DNA of 64,000 nucleotides from assembly GCA_002269645.1 (NCBI GenBank), contig NIVC01000010.1, positions 62,001 to 126,000 on the forward strand. Reading direction: 5' to 3'. Shown piece by piece: positions 1 to 12,132 of this stretch. Made by a program: the position numbers and the translations under genes. Position 1 is the stretch's first letter, and the number at the start of each line of letters is the position of its first letter. The notes below the pieces were generated by a model. The model saw only the letters and a list, made by a program, of their open reading frames with translations. It was not told where the DNA came from and did not search any database. The DNA comes from Macrostomum lignano. Taxonomy: Eukaryota.

Positions 1-2430
1 TGGGTGACTTTAGGTGCATGACTTAAAGGTGAGACATAGGCGAGGTGGAGGTAACCTTATCTCAAACCCCCTTAGCAGCATCAACTGATAAGAATTCATG
101 ATAGTGTACATTAAAGTGCGTAGATTACGTAAGAGTTTTGAAATTTTAAGCAATGATGCTGCAGGAGCATCATTGCTTAAAATTTTTGCAATGCTACCCT
201 TTTTGGTAGCTGCGAGTGTCAATTAGGCCATTGCCTTAAACTCTGACTTCCAATGAACCTTCCATTATTTAAAGTTGCACATAAATTTCTAGTTTTTTAG
301 TTCAATCAGATTCATAATTAAACAAAATATTAAAATATAGGCCCTATAGTCCAGATCATGCTCAATGTATGCCCAAACAAAAATTGAATAATTACAAATA
401 AATATAAAAAATGATTGCATGCCTATTTTCAAAACTAAGAAGGTTGTTTACAACAATAAATGACCTTTTTATGTTATGAGAATAAATGAAATTTTTTAAA
501 TTGTGCAATACACCCTTTTTGGCAAATAATTTGGTTAATTTTTCTACTTTTTTGACAATACTATTCACAGTAGAAAAATGATACATGCAAAGATTTGTTT
601 AAATGCTTTATTATAAGCTTTTAAAACCTAGAAAACTTGAAATTTATGCTTAAAATGAACTTTTTAAAATCTTTTTTTCTACCTTATAATAACTTTTCCA
701 TGTGATTCTATGAAGTGCATACTAGGTAGGCACATATATTATTTTTTAGGAGTAATGATGCATACCAACTATGCACACCTACTAAGGCCAATGCATGCCC
801 AAGTTTTTGGGCATATACACTACATGATCTAGAGTGTAGTATAGGCCAAATAAATTGGCTATCCTATAGAATTGTTTGTTAAACTCACTGTATGCATATT
901 TTTTAGCTATTGACATGAAATTTTTCAAAAATGAATATTTTCATTATACCAATTTTTTAAGCATTTTGGCATTAAAATTATATTGTAGGGGGGGGGGGGG
1001 TTGCAACTTAATTTTCATATGCAATTTCTGGGTTTTTCTAAATTTTAACAACTATTAACAATTATGCAATTTTGAATTTGTGCGCTGATGTCATTGGCAA
1101 AAAATGTGTCTATGGTCAAAATTATTTACAAACTTTGAGGCTTTGAAGAAAAGGGTTTGGGGTTAGAAATATTTTGTTGCTAAGCTACAAATACTGCAAA
1201 AAAGTGCTTTCCACTTAAAAAATGGCCAGTAGACAACCTTATAGTCAGGAAGATGGCCTTTTTTATGGTAAATTCTAATGCAAAAAGGGATTGGACATCT
1301 GGCACTATAGCAAGCAAGGGAGAAAAATCCCATTGCAGTAGAGCCAATACAAAAAATGGCATGATTTGGTGCAAGACAAAAACTTCTAACAAGACAATGT
1401 TTTCTCTAACAGAAAATTAGCATATTATTTCTTTTTATTAGCACTTTTTGTTTGCCAGTGTATTGATGGCTTTTTAATTAATACATATTAACATGGCATT
1501 TACTAGTTTTACTAGTATTATTCATTTTTCAAGAAGTTGTGGTACATGGTGCAAGCAAACTTTTTTGATAGGATTCATTCCAGCACAGGTGTGCCATGAT
1601 CCTGACTATGGCAACCTTTTGTCTTAACATGCAATAAAAGTAAAGTTGCAATTTTGGCTTGCTTTTCACAATTGTATATTTCAATATGTTGTGCTATGAC
1701 CTTAAAAAGTTAGGTTTAATTTACGATATTCACAAATTGTGATTGGCAAAAACCAACATGTGATTTTTTCCTTGTGATCATGACTGTGATCATAGTTGAT
1801 CCCTACATTTTTGTTTAACTTGTCATTTTGAAAGTTCAAATATGTTTTGTTTAAAAAGGCTAAAATCTTAGAAGATAGGTTCTAAGATAATTTAAGGTGT
1901 GAATCTTACAAATCTATATGGTATTTTTCATTAGGGATTTCTACCATTCCAAATATAAATTATTTCAATTTAAATTTATGCATATATTTATTGGATTTTT
2001 GTAAGACATTGTAAAGTGTAGCTGAAATGATTATTTTTTTAATGTTATAATAGACAATGTTTTTTTTTCACTTTTTATTATCACTACACTAGCTAACATG
2101 CTAAACTTGCATTCGAAATTTCCCAACTTTCAGTCAAGTTACTTCTGATTTTAGAACTTTTGCTGAAGAAGAAACTGCTGAAAAACAGAAGCAATTCAGC
2201 CTAGTAGTTGACTGCTAGGCAGTTTTCTCTACTTCAATCAGAACTGTCTATAATTATTAAATTGTCTCGAGGTTTTGGCCAGGCACGGCCAAAGCCTCAA
2301 AAGCAGAGTGCAAACGCTGGCTGATAAAAAGCAACAACAGCAGAAGCAGCAGACTGGCGCAGATGGCGAGAAATTTGCTGGCGCTTTCATTCCATCCAGC
2401 GGCAGCTATGCCAATCTGCCTCCGCTTGGC

Positions 2431-5400
2431 ATGGCGCCACCGCCATCGCAGACTCAGCCGCCGCAAACTGGTACGGCCACCGCAGCTGCGTCGCCGTGGA
2501 AAAGTCAGAAACCAGCAGCAGCAATAGACACGTTTGAACAGCAAGGGGCAAGTGTAATCTGAACAATGACTGATGATTAGGAATTGATGTTATTAGGTAG
2601 TCAGATCCTGTAATGCGGAACTACAGATTTTGAAACACCTAGGAAGTGTTGTAACGGTTCTGAAGCACTTGGGAACGGTAGCAGAACCCTGGAAGCACCT
2701 GGGAATGGTATCAGGACCCTGGAAGCACCTGGGAACGGTAGCAGGTTCCCGGAAGCACCTGGGAACGGTATCAGGACCCTGGAAGCACCTGGGAACGGTG
2801 TCAGGACCCTGGAAGCACCTGGGAACGGTAGCAGGTTACCGGAAGCACTTGGGAACGGTATCAGGACCCTCGAAGCACCTGGGAACGGTATCAGGACCTT
2901 GGAAGCACCTGGGAACGGTAGCAGATTCCCGGTAGCACCTGGGAACGGTATCAGGATCCTGGAAGCACCTGGGAACGGTATCAGGACCCTGGAAGCACCT
3001 GGGAACGGTATCAGGACCCTGGAAGCACCTGGGAACGGTATCAGGATCCTGGAAGCACCTGGGAACGGTATCAGGACCCTGGAAGCACCTGGGAACGGTA
3101 TCAGGACCCTGGAAGCACCTGAAAACGGTATCAGGACCTTGGAAGCACCTGGGAACGGTAGCAGGTTCCCGGAAGCACCTGGGAACGGTATCAGGATCCT
3201 GGAAGCACCTGGGAACGGTATCAGGACCCTGGAAGCACCTGGGAACGGTATCAGGACCCTGGAAGCACCTGGGAACGGTATCAGGATCCTGGAAGCACCT
3301 GGGAACGGTATCAGGACCCTGGAAGCACCTGGAAACGGTAGCAGGTTCCTGGAAGCACCTGGGAACGGTATCAGGACCCTGGAAGCACCTGGAAACGGTA
3401 TCAGGACCCTGGAAGCACCTGGAAACGGTATCAGGACCCTGGAAGCACCTGAAAACGGTATCAGGACCCTGGAAGCACCTGAAAACGGTATCAGGACCCT
3501 GGAAGCACCTGAAAACGGTATCAGGACCCTGGAAGCACTTGGGAACGGTATCAGGACCCTGGAAGCACCTGGGAACGGTAGCAGGTTCCCGGAAGCACCT
3601 GGGAACGGTAGCAGGTTCCCGGAAGCACTTGGGACGGTAGCCAGGCCTAGTAAGGCCTCTGAAACCCTATTTTAAAGAGTAGCACCGGCCTCCCATATCT
3701 TTAATGTCTACGAAATCCGTAGCCAGATATTTTTATACTTTTTGATGATATTAATGTTATACGCATGCGTCCATGGAAATTATTCATTCAGGATGACGCA
3801 GATTTTCCACCGCCACCCCCGTGCGCCACTGCTGGCGGCGTCAAGTCTTCTTCAGCGGCGGGTGCTAACCAACAGCAGGCTCTGTTTCCATCGCCTACAG
3901 CTTTCTCATTGGAGCCCACTCCGCCGCAACCACCTCCGCCACCGCCGCCGCCGCCGCCGCCGCCACCGCCGCCTCCGCAAGCTCCAACTTCAGCGACTGT
4001 CCGTTTCGACCAGCGCAGCAGTGGTGGCGGCGGAGCTGGCGGCTCATTGAGCTCGCTGACTGGCGGCAGCGGCCGTCGGTTGGAGCTGTGCCGCGCTTGT
4101 GGTCAGTTCCACGAGCCCGGCGGGGCGCACCTGTACGACTATAACCAGCCCATTGACGATGATCTGCTGTGCAGGGTAAGGCGTTCTGTTCTGGCTTCTT
4201 TCTTTTCAGGCGTCAGACTCGATGTGGGGTGCCAAAGACTGCCAGTCATTTTAAACAACTCACTCAAGGGCAGGGGTCGGCAAAGTCTCTTGTCAGCTCT
4301 CTTTCACTTCTCTCCTCTTATCTGACAACATAGCTCTTGTCTCATTCCATCTCTCGCCTCTCCTCTCCCCTCTGATCTCTATCTCTTCCCTCTCATTTCC
4401 TCTCTCATCTGGCCCTGAGCTGGGTTGTTTATCTGGCCCTTGAGGTTAAAAGGTTTGCCACCTTGAGTCGCGAGCGCACCACGTGAGTTGCGGAATCGTA
4501 AAAGAGTCGTGTTAGCGCTTTAAGTCCTACTGACTCAAGTAGGCTAAATAGAGTTTTTACAAATGCAAAAGCGATTCTAATTCATAGAGTGACGCAGATG
4601 CGCTTTAGGCGCAACTCAGTGATTCTGCAGCGACTCCAGCACGCCTCAGATACGACTCTACGGTCTCAGAATCACTGTGACTTTTAGGTTACTCTTGGGC
4701 GAATTTTTGGCGACTTGTACCGTGACATCTCGTCGTTGACTAGTTTTTTAGTCGTCTGTAGTCACATCTTTCCTATTTTTACATGTGCTACCTGCAAGGG
4801 GTTGTAGCCTAGTTGTTAGAGCGTCGGTCTCACGACTTGAAGGTCAGGGGTTCGATTCTCGACCCACTCGGAACAACAAGCAGGACACTTAACTCTGCAT
4901 TGCTTCAGTTCACCCAACTGTGAAATTGGTGCCAGCATTAGCTGGGGTAATTGAGGGTGTGCGTGGCGACCTCCCAGTCCTTGGACTGAACAGCCGTACG
5001 CAGCCTTCAGATGCGCCGCGCAGGTAAACCGCTCAACCAAATCACACCAAATTTTGCACCCACCCTAAATTCACTACGGAAAGTGTCATAGGCTATCTTT
5101 ATATTTCCTAAATTTGAGTCTTCCTACCTAAAAGTGCAAAAAACTGCTCAAAATGCGCGATTTTTTTACTAAATCCTCCATAGCGCCGCTCCACTTTTAC
5201 CAATCGTCTTCAAATTTGACACAATCGTGGGAGGGAAGAAGGGGGAAGAGAAATGTGGAGTAAGGAAAAGGGAGGAATCAGAAGAGGGGAAGAGGAGAGT
5301 AGAGATGACAGAAGAGAGAGGGTAATGAGAGAGCAAAGATAAGAGTGAACAGACGATATAAGAGAGGAGAGAGGAAAGTGGAGAGAGAAGACAAGAGAGG

Positions 5401-8400
5401 GAGAGAGTATAGAAGACAGAAAAGAAGAGACGAGAAGAAAAAGAAAGGAAAGAGAGTCCTGAGTCAAAAAAGGAAAAAGAGGGGAAAGAGTACAAGAGGA
5501 GAGAGGTGAGAGAACATATGAGAGTAAAGATGACAGATAAGAGAGGGGAGATGAGAGAGCAGAAACGAGAGTGAACAGACGAGAGATGGGAGGGTAGAGA
5601 GAAAAGACGAGAGATAAGAAATAAGAGATGAGAGGTGAAAATAAGGGAGAGATGAGAAGTGAGTGAGGAGAGAGAACAGAGGAGGGAAAGGGAGAGAATC
5701 GAGAGGACAGGGGAAATTGGTGAAAAGGACGAGAGAGGAGAGGAAAGAGGGGAGAGATTAGAGAGAAGAGAGATAGGACAGGAGAGAGCAGAGAGAGGGG
5801 GGAGAGGAGAGAGAACAGAGAGAAATGAGAAAAGATAAGAGAGAGAGAAGATAAAAGAAGAGAAAGGAGAGATAAGAGAGCAAAGACGAGAGAGAAGGGA
5901 GGTGAGGGAAAAGACGATAGAAGAGATGAGAGGAGAGAGTGGACAGAGGAGAGGAGAGAGTTGAGAGAAGAGAGGAAAAGGAGAGAGTAGAGATGTGGGA
6001 AGTGTTGAGAGAGGGTAGAGTAAGGAGTGAGAAGAGGGGAGAGGGAAGAGAGAGTGGAGAACAGAGGGAAGAGAGAGTAGAGAGCAGAGAGAAATGAAAA
6101 GAGATAAAAGAGGAGAAAGGAGATATGAGAGACCAGAGAGAAGAGGAGAGGAGAGAGAAAAGAATAGAGGGGAGAGGGAAGAGACGATAGAAGAGGGGAA
6201 GAGAGGAGAGAGGACAGAGGAGAGAAGAAAGAAGAGACAAGAGGAGAGAGAGAAGAGACGAGAGAGGAGAGAGAAAAGAGGAAACAGAAAAGAAAATGGA
6301 AGTTTCAAAGGATGCAAAGGACATAGGGAGAGGCAGAGGTAGAGGCCAGAGTTTGCCTGACATTCTGCGCAGTAAGAAATGATAATAATAAGTATGAATA
6401 ATATGATAGTAAGAAATAATAAGAAATGCCTTCAATATATTTTTAGACGTTTTTTGTAATTTGATCTGTAAAAAATGATTCAATTAAGGTGTGTCAATTA
6501 TGAGTATAATGTAAACTTTTGTGGATTGAAGAAGCAGACTTTATGAAATATGATAATAATATGCAAATTACAGCTGTGCCAGCAGCCGCTAGTTGACCCG
6601 TTGGACACCCGCTGTGGTCACACGTTTTGCACCCCCTGCCTGCGTGTTCACCTGGCCCGCCAAGCTCTGTGCCCTATCGATAAGAGCATCATCAATTTCC
6701 TGGAGTGCGCACCAGCGTCTGGTCTGGTCAGAAAGTGAGTTTGTTTGTCTATTTATCCTCTTCTATTTCTGTTATAGTCGGCTTTATGGTTTGTGATGAT
6801 CAAATTTATGGTTTGTGATGATCAAACTTATGGTTTGTGATGATCAAATTTATGATTTGTGATGATCAAATTTATGGTTTGTGATGATCAAATTTATGAT
6901 TTGTGATGATCAAATTTATGATTTGTGAATATCAACTTTATGATTTGTGATGATCAAATTTATGATTTGTGATGATCAAATTTATGATTTGTGATGATCA
7001 AATTTATGATTTGTGATGATCAAATTTATGATTTGTGATGATCAAATTTATGATTTGTGATCAAATTTATGATTTGTGAATATCAACTTTATGATTTGTG
7101 ATGATCAAATTTATGATTTGTGATGATCAAATTTATGATTTGTGATGATCAAATTTATGATTTGTGATGATCAAATTTATGATTTGTGATGATCAAATTT
7201 ATGATTTGTGATGATCAAATTTATGATTTGTGATGATCAAATTTATGATTTGTGATGATCAAATTTATGATTTGTGATCAAATTTATGATTTGTGATCAA
7301 ATTTATGATTTGTGAATATCAACTTTATGATTTGTGATGATCAAATTTATTATTTGTGATGATCAAATTTATGATTTGTGATGATCAAATTTATGATTTG
7401 TGATGATCAAATTTATGATTTGTGATCAAATTTATGATTTGTGAATATCAACTTTATGATTTGTGATGATCAAATTTATGATTTGTGATGATCAAATTTA
7501 TGATTTGTGATGATCAAATTTATGATTTGTGATGATCAAATTTATGATTTGTGATGATCAAATTTATGATTTGTGATCAAATTTATGATTTGTGAATATC
7601 AACTTTATGATTTGTGAATATCAACTTTATGATTTGTGATGATCAAATTTATGGTTTGTGATGATCAAATTTATGATTTGTGATGATCAAATTTATGATT
7701 TGTGATCAAATTTATGATTTGTGAAAATCAACTTTATGATTTGTGAATATCAACTTTATGATTTGTGATGATCAAATTTATGATTTGTGATGATCAAATT
7801 TATGATTTGTGATCAAATTTATGATTTGTGAATATCAACTTTATGATTTGTGAATATCAACTTTATGATTTGTGATGATCAAATTTATGATTTGTGATGA
7901 TCAAATTTATGATTTGTGATGATCAAATTTATGATTTGTGAATATCAACTTTATGATTTGTGATCAAATTTATGATTTGTGATGATCAAATTTATGATTT
8001 GTGATGATCAAATTTATGATTTGTGAACAGGTTGGAAGAGTTTGAAAAGACAAAACAATCAGATTATGCTACTTTCTTATCAGTAGTAGTATAGAAATCT
8101 TATCAAAATAGTTGTAAAGTATAGTTTTTTATTCCGAGTTGCCTTAGCTAATTAATTATTACAAGTTTGCTGGGCATTTGTAAGCGTACTATCGATCATC
8201 TGGTTAATTATGAGTCTAATTAAATATATATCTATAATCTGCTTCTATTTGTTAAGCAAAGCGCTGATGTAGAGCTATGCAAAGCTATATAAAAGGATAT
8301 GAGACTGATGCGCTGATGGGAACCTTTAGGGGAACCTTCGCTGCAGTTTAGCGGCTAACTGTATTATCCATGGCCGATTGGGCATCAGAATGAGGACATT

Positions 8401-10664
8401 ATTAGGACTCTGCACTACATGTAGCTCCCCTTTTTATCCGCTTAATTCTATCTATTTTCTTCTGCGCACAGTCTTAACTCTTGCTTGTATGCAAGTTGCG
8501 TACTGTGTCCAAGTTTACCAATGCCTTAGTTTGAAAATAACTGTGTAATTTGACTTTTTTTCTGCGCGCACATTTCATCACTACAAATGCTCGAATTTAA
8601 TCTGCTTAGTTGAGCAGAGATTTATTGCGAACTATTTACACCTGACTGGTGGTGGGAAATTTGACGGAGAGAGGATTCTGATCGAGATAATTAGGTTGTT
8701 AAGTATGGTGTGAAGAGGATTCTTCGGGGTCGTACGAAAATCTCGTAGATATTTGGTTTCAGTCATGTTATAAAGTCATAGGGAGTAAGGGAATGACTTC
8801 AGTCATATAAAGCCATAGATAAGATATAGCTTCAGTCATGCTATAAAGTCATAGATAAGGAATAGCTTCAGTCATGCTATAAAGTCATAGATAAGGAATG
8901 ACTTCAGTCATATCAAGTCATAGATAAGGAATGACTTCAGTCATGCTATAAAGTCATAGATAAGGAATAGCCTCAGTCATGCTATAAAGTCATAGATAAG
9001 GAATGACTTCAGTCATGCTATAAAGTCATAAATAAGGAATAACTTCAGTCATGCTATAAAGTCATAAATAAGGAATAACTTCAGTCATGCTATAAAGTCA
9101 TAAATAAGGAATAACTTCAGTCATGCTATAAAGTCATAGATAAGGAATGACTTCAGTCATGCTATAAAGTCATAAATAAGGAATAACTTCAGTCATGCTA
9201 TAAAGTCATAAATAAGGAATAACTTCAGTCATGCTATAAAGTCATAAATAAGGAATAACTTCAGTCATGCTATAAAGTCATAGATAAGGAATGGCTTCAG
9301 TCATATCAAGTCATAGATAAGGAATGACTTCAGTCATATCAAGTCATAGATAAGGAATGACTTCAGTCATGCTATAAAGTCATAGATAAGGAATAGCTTC
9401 AGTCATGCTATAAAGTCATAGATAAGGAATGGCTTCAGTCATATCAAGTCATAGATAAGGAATTACTTCAGTCATATCAAGTCATAGATAAGGAATGACC
9501 TCATACATATCAAGTCATAGATAAGGAATGACTTCAGTCATATAAAGCTATAGATAAGGAATGACTTCAGTCATATCAAGTCATAGATAAGGAATAGCTT
9601 CAGTCATATAAAGTCATAGATAAAGAATATCTTCAGTCATATAAAGTCATAGACAAGGAATAGCTTCAGTCATGCTAAAAAGCCATAGATACAGTATGAC
9701 TTCAGTCATATAAAGCTATAGATAAGGAATGGCTTCAGTCTAAACAGTGGAAACTTATTATACGTGTGCAAATCATTGCGTGGGTGCAGAGGGTCTATAC
9801 GGCACTTTTTCTACCTACCTTGTATTAGTTAAGCCTATGATAGCCTATCAAATACTTATAACTTTGCACTCCCTCTGTTCCTGTCAAACTTCATTATCGA
9901 TTTTTATCATAGTCAATAATACGAGTTTAGATTAAGATCAGACTATTATTAATCTCCAATGCTGCTACTGTCAGAGCGCACACGTTTAAAGGAGAATTTA
10001 TTTTAATCTTGAGGAGGTCGCTTAGCTGCAATATTTGAAAATATACAGCCAACCCTGCCCATTCATTGACTTTCGATATCAGTAATAAAACTAGGCATTA
10101 AATTGCCCAGCACACAGAGAGAGGGAGGGAGGTAGGGAGTCGCCCTTATTTCCGGTGTTTTTTTCTGACACAGGGTTTGACTGCTTGGGAGCGGAGCAAA
10201 GGGGCCTGGGCGAACTGCAGTGCTGTAGCGTTTTTTTCTATCAAGGAGGCCAGCCGGACAATTTCTATTGGTTGGCCCAAGTTTTTTGTACCCTATATTT
10301 GATCTTCCTCCTATATTCTTGTCCTGCCTAAAGCTTGGAGGCGATTCGAGGAGAACCGATTCTTTTCGATAGTACGGCTAAGCTCATCGTGTATTAAGCA
10401 GCAAAGATTCTATGGCCAAAGTGGCTGCTACAGTCTCTAGCGCTTGTGCCGGCTCAAGTATCTTAGCTATTGGTCCACTGCTGCACTTGCAGGGCAGCAG
10501 TAGTGCCAGCAGTGCGGGCGCTGCTCATTCACCTTCGGCTGCTCTGTCTGCTGTTAGTTCGGCTTCGCCTAGTGCTGCTAAGCTGCCTAGCAATGCTTTG
10601 TTGTTGAATCCTAGCGGGTAAGGGCTGCCCAGAGGGGAGCTTTTAATCAATTCCTGTCTGTCTG

Positions 10665-10699
<35 letters not shown>

Positions 10700-10700
10700 G

Positions 10701-10749
<49 letters not shown>

Positions 10750-12021
10750 GGCTACTCGCAATTTGTGATATAAAAACCTAATCAAAGTGGTCGGTTATCA
10801 TATAGAAGTGTCAAGGACTTTAAGCCTTGGCAGCCTAGGGTCATAAGTAATGCTGCAACGAAAGGCGATTCAACAAATGAAGAGCCGCAGTTGTTCATTT
10901 CGAACTGATAGCGCCTAGCCAGCTTCGCCATCGCCAAAAAGATCCATCCATCTTCAAGTTTTGGGTTCATGTTAGACGCGCAGGCAACAGATATCTGTTG
11001 GTCCCGTCCTTTTCTGGTTCTTGGTGCCGCGGTTTCTGTTACAGAATTGCCTACACAACTTTCTTTTTCGTTATTTTCTTCTGCGTTCTTATCTGTTTCG
11101 TTAAATCTTCTCTCGTTTCCTCTCCTGCTCCTCGGTTCGTCCCACACTGTCCAATCCTGCTTTTCCAGCTTGGCCCAGACATCTGTTGGCCAGCTAATCT
11201 TTAGCTAATCGTTGCGTGCTTCTTCTATAACTTTCCCGCAGCAGTAGTGTATTTCTATTCTACCTTCAGCTATTCATGGAAATAGGGGATAGGTTTATGG
11301 TCCGAGAAAATACCAGTTTTTTTACACTTGACGTGTGTGTGTGTGTTCAGGTGCTACACTTGTGCGGTAATCTCCTACCCTCTGCGACTATCTGGTGCAT
11401 CTGACAAGCCTAAATAAGTCGATTGGTTCCCAGTCTAGAGTTAATTATTTCGTACTGATGCTAGGTGACCTTATTTGACATTTCGATTGCGTTTGATGAA
11501 GGAATAGGCCTTGTGCGACTGCAATTTGGCAATGTGCGCCCACTCTGTTTGGTTGCCACGTTTGGTTGATCGCTCGACACATTCGAGTTTCACACAAATT
11601 GCGCACCTGAATACTGGCCAACTTCTTCGCCATCATTAGCATTATCATTTGTTGGGGTGTTGGATGAGGTCCTGTTTCTAGTCTATTAGCTATTTTTACA
11701 CTTGTACCTGCGTGTTGCCTTTGGAGTTCGTTGCTGCTTACTTACCTGCATATTCAGTGCAGATTATAGACTGATTGTGTGGCTTATTCTTTTGTCCGTT
11801 TGTCTGTTGTTGTCATCTCTTGTTTCTGCTCGGCAGGGCGTATCTTTATCTGGTTCAAAAATAGACTGCTTATTGCAGACAGTGTAATACTTATCGATTA
11901 GCATTCAGTCTATAGGATGAGTGATGTATAAATAGATTGACCAATAGACAAGCAAAATGACAGATAGATGGATCGATAGATAGATAGATAGATAGATACA
12001 TCGATACATCGATAGATAGAC

Positions 12022-12075
<54 letters not shown>

Positions 12076-12076
12076 G

Positions 12077-12132
<56 letters not shown>

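Noticed and set aside
2899-3675. Repetitive ORFs ([10 protein letters not shown])n and similar ORFs at 18962, 37080-37866, 38195-39337, 51372-52816 and 55050-55808
   Set aside because: All are translations of tandem repeats, open in several frames or strands, with no splice or domain support.
4798-4875. Possible functional tRNA gene
   Set aside because: It lacks a complete cloverleaf and acceptor stem, and continues into a SINE body shared by three copies.
5169-6483. Leu/Ser-rich and Arg/Glu-rich ORFs here and at 48489-49917
   Set aside because: Artefacts of polypurine/polypyrimidine low-complexity tracts.
6783-9740. CRISPR-like appearance of the 22-36-bp repeat arrays
   Set aside because: The units are head-to-tail with no unique spacers, there are no cas genes, and the context is eukaryotic and intronic.
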